A stretch of 64,000 bases of DNA from a virus (taxonomy: Duplodnaviria > Heunggongvirae > Uroviricota > Caudoviricetes), in IMG/VR virus record IMGVR_UViG_3300028591_000092, positions 43,662 to 107,661 of that record, one strand, 5' to 3'. Made by a program: the position numbers and the translations under genes. The notes beneath the pieces are model-generated. The model searched no databases and had not been told where the DNA came from. It saw nothing but the letters and a program-made list of their open reading frames with translations. Numbering within the stretch: position 1 is the stretch's first letter; the number at the start of each line of letters is the position of its first letter. This document shows positions 60,669 through 64,000 of the stretch, piece after piece.

Positions 60669-61800
60669 TATTCTAAGTTAATAATAATTTCTTAACGTAT
60701 CTTATATTATTATCAATTCCTATTGGCTATTCACCTAATCTCATTCCTATGTAATAATCATATGGAATAGAATTCTTATATTCTTCATAAGGAATTATGT
60801 TTCGATCATCCTTAACAAATTTCATATTCTTAATAGGGTAAATATTATTATATCTACAAGAAGTTAAAATATCATTTGCGAATAAATTAATATGCTGATT
60901 TGTAATAATATTATAATATTCTGTTTCTTCATTAACGTATTCACAACTAATAAGTTTAGTTATTCCTTTTTCAGTATAAACTTCCTTTCCTATACAATCT
61001 TGCGGATATTCAAATATTTGATCAGTGTAATTAAATACTCTATGAGATTTACCGTTAGATCCTATTAAATTTAATTCTAATCCGTTTTCAAACTTACATT
61101 TCCAATAACCTTTTGTTTTTCTTGGAATCATTATCCATAAAGGAGTAGATTCAGAAATGTATCCTTCATCAAAGTTCCATACTTGTAATACATCATCGTA
61201 TGTTATATCCTAAATTAGTTTGTTTGATCCATTAGATAAAGTAATTAATGTATCTTTGGTCAAACACCACTCTGTCAGGTTAACAAATATTGTTATATCT
61301 TGATTTACTTCAAAACTGCTTCCGTAATCATCATCCTGGGATTTAGAATAAAAATGTATATTGTCTACAGAGTAATCGTCCCAATATACCTCAGCAATTA
61401 CCGTTTGTTCATCATTGGTTGGAGATATTATATACGGAATGTCTTGTTGATTGCAAGATTCTCCGTCATTGGCAACATAGTTTACAAAGTCAGAATAAGT
61501 TAATATATATGGAGCTGTGACAATTTTATCTTCTTGCAATGAAGGGGTGATATCCTCCGGGCCAAATGGTCTATCCCATCTTCCATGTAAATATCCCCAT
61601 TCATAGTGAATAGTTATTGTAGATGGACCTACATCTTCAATACTTGCATTTCCTTGTTCATCGATAACAATCATTTTGTCTTCTTCATTACAATACAAAT
61701 TCTACCCAGTACTGGCAATTGTAGCTATAAAAGGAATATCGTTTATAGAATATCCATCAGCTAGAGACGGAGTGTCAAATTTTTTTATATATTCTCTCAT
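60658..61800 (-). CDS. Tail-region protein with a Hint (intein/hedgehog-like) domain, 380 aa
   Basis: W|CLTKDTLITLSNGSNKLI[TAG]DITYDD (block A, Cys at 61266) to YYNIITNQHINLFANDILTS|C (block F/G). About 136 aa with no endonuclease. Confidence 0.75.
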
Positions 61801-62399
61801 TCGGATTCTTCCTCATCATTTAATACTTCTAATACCTAAGCAACAGTAACCTCGGGCGTATCATCCAAATCGGAATAAGATCCACTAGTAGCCACAGTAG
61901 CTAAATTAGGTTTATTTAATATCTATGCAACTCCACTTGAAGCATTCCAGTCTGAATTAACTTGTGCTGCTGGAATAGTTGGTTTATTGGAAAGATCAGC
62001 ATAAGATCCAGAAGTTGCAACAGTTGATAAAGTTGGTTTATTCTTAATATAATCAGGTCGTGTATTATCACTTTGTGTCCAGTCTGACTAAGTTTGAGTA
62101 CCTCCTACTTCTTCCCATATACATTCGTGCGCTAAGGTTATTCCATCAGGAATAGATTTTAATATTTTAGCAATTCCTTCTGTTTGATCGGAAACTATCA
62201 TTCCTACTCGTACTGCAGTAAGAGGAATTTTATCAATATCGTAAACCTAAACTTCTTCTGTTACTCCATCGTTTATTACTGTTTCTGTATGTGGATCCCA
62301 GCTAATTACAGATGTTTTATAATCAAGTGGGGCAGGAGAGTTAAGATCAAAACCAGCAGACATGATAGCACCACTGCCATAATAATTTGTCTTTGCCAT
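61797..62399 (-). CDS. Tail fibre repeat protein, 200 aa; absent from the ORF track
   Basis: [TAG]SDWTQSD...DYIKNKP, QVNSDWNASSGVA[TAG]ILNKP and two VATSGSYxDL repeats. Confidence 0.72.
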
Positions 62400-62400
62400 A

Positions 62401-63456
62401 TCAACTTAATGTAAATTTATATGTTATTGTTGAAGCTGAAGGATTTGTTAAATAAACTAATTTCATAGGAACATTCTATGCTGTTTCCCCATTATTTGTA
62501 TAATTTATTGTTGTATTAATACTTGTGAAAGTATTAGTAACATCTGTTGCCCCAACTTCAATTTTAGATACTGACCAGCCTTGAGGTAATGCAATAAAAT
62601 GCTATACTAATTCTCCTTGACTATCAAAGCTTAACTAAAGTGTAGAAGGCTTTGAAGTAACAAAAACTTCTGTTCCGGAAGTTATAGCACTTTTATTATT
62701 TCCGTAAAAATATGGAAACCAGCATTCAATTGTATTTGTTGCTGTTTTTGTTGCAACAGCAGGCGCAGGATTTCTTTTTGATTGGTCTGCTGGTACCGCC
62801 CCTTTTTTAGTACAAGGATATTTATCTCCGGTCGCCCACGAACCAGAATAAGAAACAGTTATATTCGCAAGTACTTTATTTGGTTTCGTAGAAGACCCGT
62901 CATATAATACATCTTGCCCAGTAAATACTCCACTGTATGTTTGATTTGACAAAACGGATCCTTCATTGTTTAGTTTAGAGTACGTAACAGATCTATCAGA
63001 ATGAGAACCTATTTTAGTTGGGCAAGTTTCCCCAAATTTAATTATATCTCCGTCAATAGAAACAGATTCAGATCCGTTAATAGTAGGTTCAGCATCAGGA
63101 AATAAAATCATATCAAATACTTCAGAAACAGGTTTTCCTGAAATAGCACTTACATCGGTATTAGCCTAAATACCTCCCACTGCTACAGATTTCGTTCCAG
63201 GAGCTTCTTCGGAAATATAATTTACCTAAACTACTTCTCCAGCATATTCCCAATGCTCTCCGTTCCAATAGTATTCTGCTCCAGTATCCTCAACGTGATA
63301 TACATCGCCAATCTCAGGATTTTCAATCAACTGAAGAGCTTCATAAGTAGCAACAGTTCCTTTATAGGTAAGCATTCTAGGGAACATTGTTTTGATCTTC
63401 CCTATTAAATGCTCTAATCCCCTATAATTCAAAAATCTATTATCGTCTCTTATCAT
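62401..63456 (-). CDS. Tail fibre-associated protein, 351 aa
   Basis: Track ORFs 63226..63456 and 62635..63111 are in frame. LTYKGTVATY...GDVYHVEDTGAEYYWNGEHWE motif. TGA at 62401. Confidence 0.7.
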
Positions 63457-63458
63457 AA

Positions 63459-64000
63459 TTATTCACTTTCATCAGAAGAAGATTCATCTATTCCAACATA
63501 ACAATGGCATACCGCTGTTATATCTGGCTCAGATGTAGATCTACAAGTTATGGTACATTCTCCATTAGATCTAAACATAATAGTTGCTTTAGCATAATTA
63601 GGATCTACTGCTATAGTTGCAATACTATCATCGCTAGTTTCCCAAGTTACAGTTTGATGAGTAGCATTTAAAGGATATATAGAAGCGATTAATACAAATA
63701 CATCGCCGATATCTCCATATTTTCTAATTATAGATGCTGGGGCAATCTCGTCATAATAAAGTGTAATATTACTTACATGAGTCTCAAATAAGTAATCAAT
63801 TTCATCATTTGTAATATATGCAAAATCTCCTCCATCTGTATTACGAGTCTCGTTCTTATCAATAAACGCAGTACCGTCTTCTTTTAATTTGAGATAAATA
63901 TAATCTCCGTCAGCAAATGTTTTATCAGATCCTAATTTAATACCGCCTAATGAGACAGTAGTTGCTTTAGATATTCCTCCGCTATTATTAACTCCAGTTA
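63459..64000 (-). CDS. C-terminal part of a virion protein with an Ig-like (Big_2) domain (5' end outside the window)
   Basis: YPLNATHQTVTWETSDDSIATI...GECTITC...AVCHCYV. TAA at 63459-63461. Confidence 0.68.
   Translation of the reverse strand, partial: TGVNNSGGISKATTVSLGGIKLGSDKTFADGDYIYLKLKEDGTAFIDKNETRNTDGGDFAYITNDEIDYLFETHVSNITLYYDEIAPASIIRKYGDIGDVFVLIASIYPLNATHQTVTWETSDDSIATIAVDPNYAKATIMFRSNGECTITCRSTSEPDITAVCHCYVGIDESSSDESE

Noticed and set aside
60859-61266. Canonical splicing intein
   Set aside because: It lacks the terminal His-Asn (ends ILTS) and a homing endonuclease, and lies in a non-conserved tail-region gene, so it is reported as a Hint domain only.
1-64000. Suppressor tRNA-CUA, CRISPR array, DGR reverse transcriptase, integrase, portal and terminase
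   Set aside because: None was recognisable by eye. Intergenic gaps are short and AT-rich with no cloverleaf or repeat-spacer pattern. They may lie outside the window; tRNAscan-SE on the whole genome would be decisive.

Overview
The window is part of a crAss-like phage genome (order Crassvirales; Bacteroidota host inferred from TAnnTTTG promoters). It is almost entirely the late/virion module on the minus strand. The phage reads TAG as a sense codon, most likely Gln (code 15). The fragmented ORFs in the supplied track fall into a few long single-frame genes broken only at TAG, and the gene ends I resolved are TAA or TGA. From the window end to its start: a long array of tail fibre/adhesin genes (one carrying a Hint domain); a six-gene module with its own promoter; a lone plus-strand phoH; more fibre genes and a holin-like gene; a translationally coupled membrane protein / PRT-HAD fusion / Stealth-like / HTH cassette; scaffold, major capsid, auxiliary capsid, ring and tail stabilization/muzzle genes; then the large internal (ejection) proteins, including a ~2600 aa protein with an SF1 helicase domain and the virion RNA polymerase. 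The polymerase's catalytic DFDID motif is split by an 888-nt group I intron encoding a TAG-containing LAGLIDADG endonuclease. I saw no portal, terminase, suppressor tRNA, CRISPR array or reverse transcriptase in the window. Family and product assignments come from motif recognition and gene order, not database searches.
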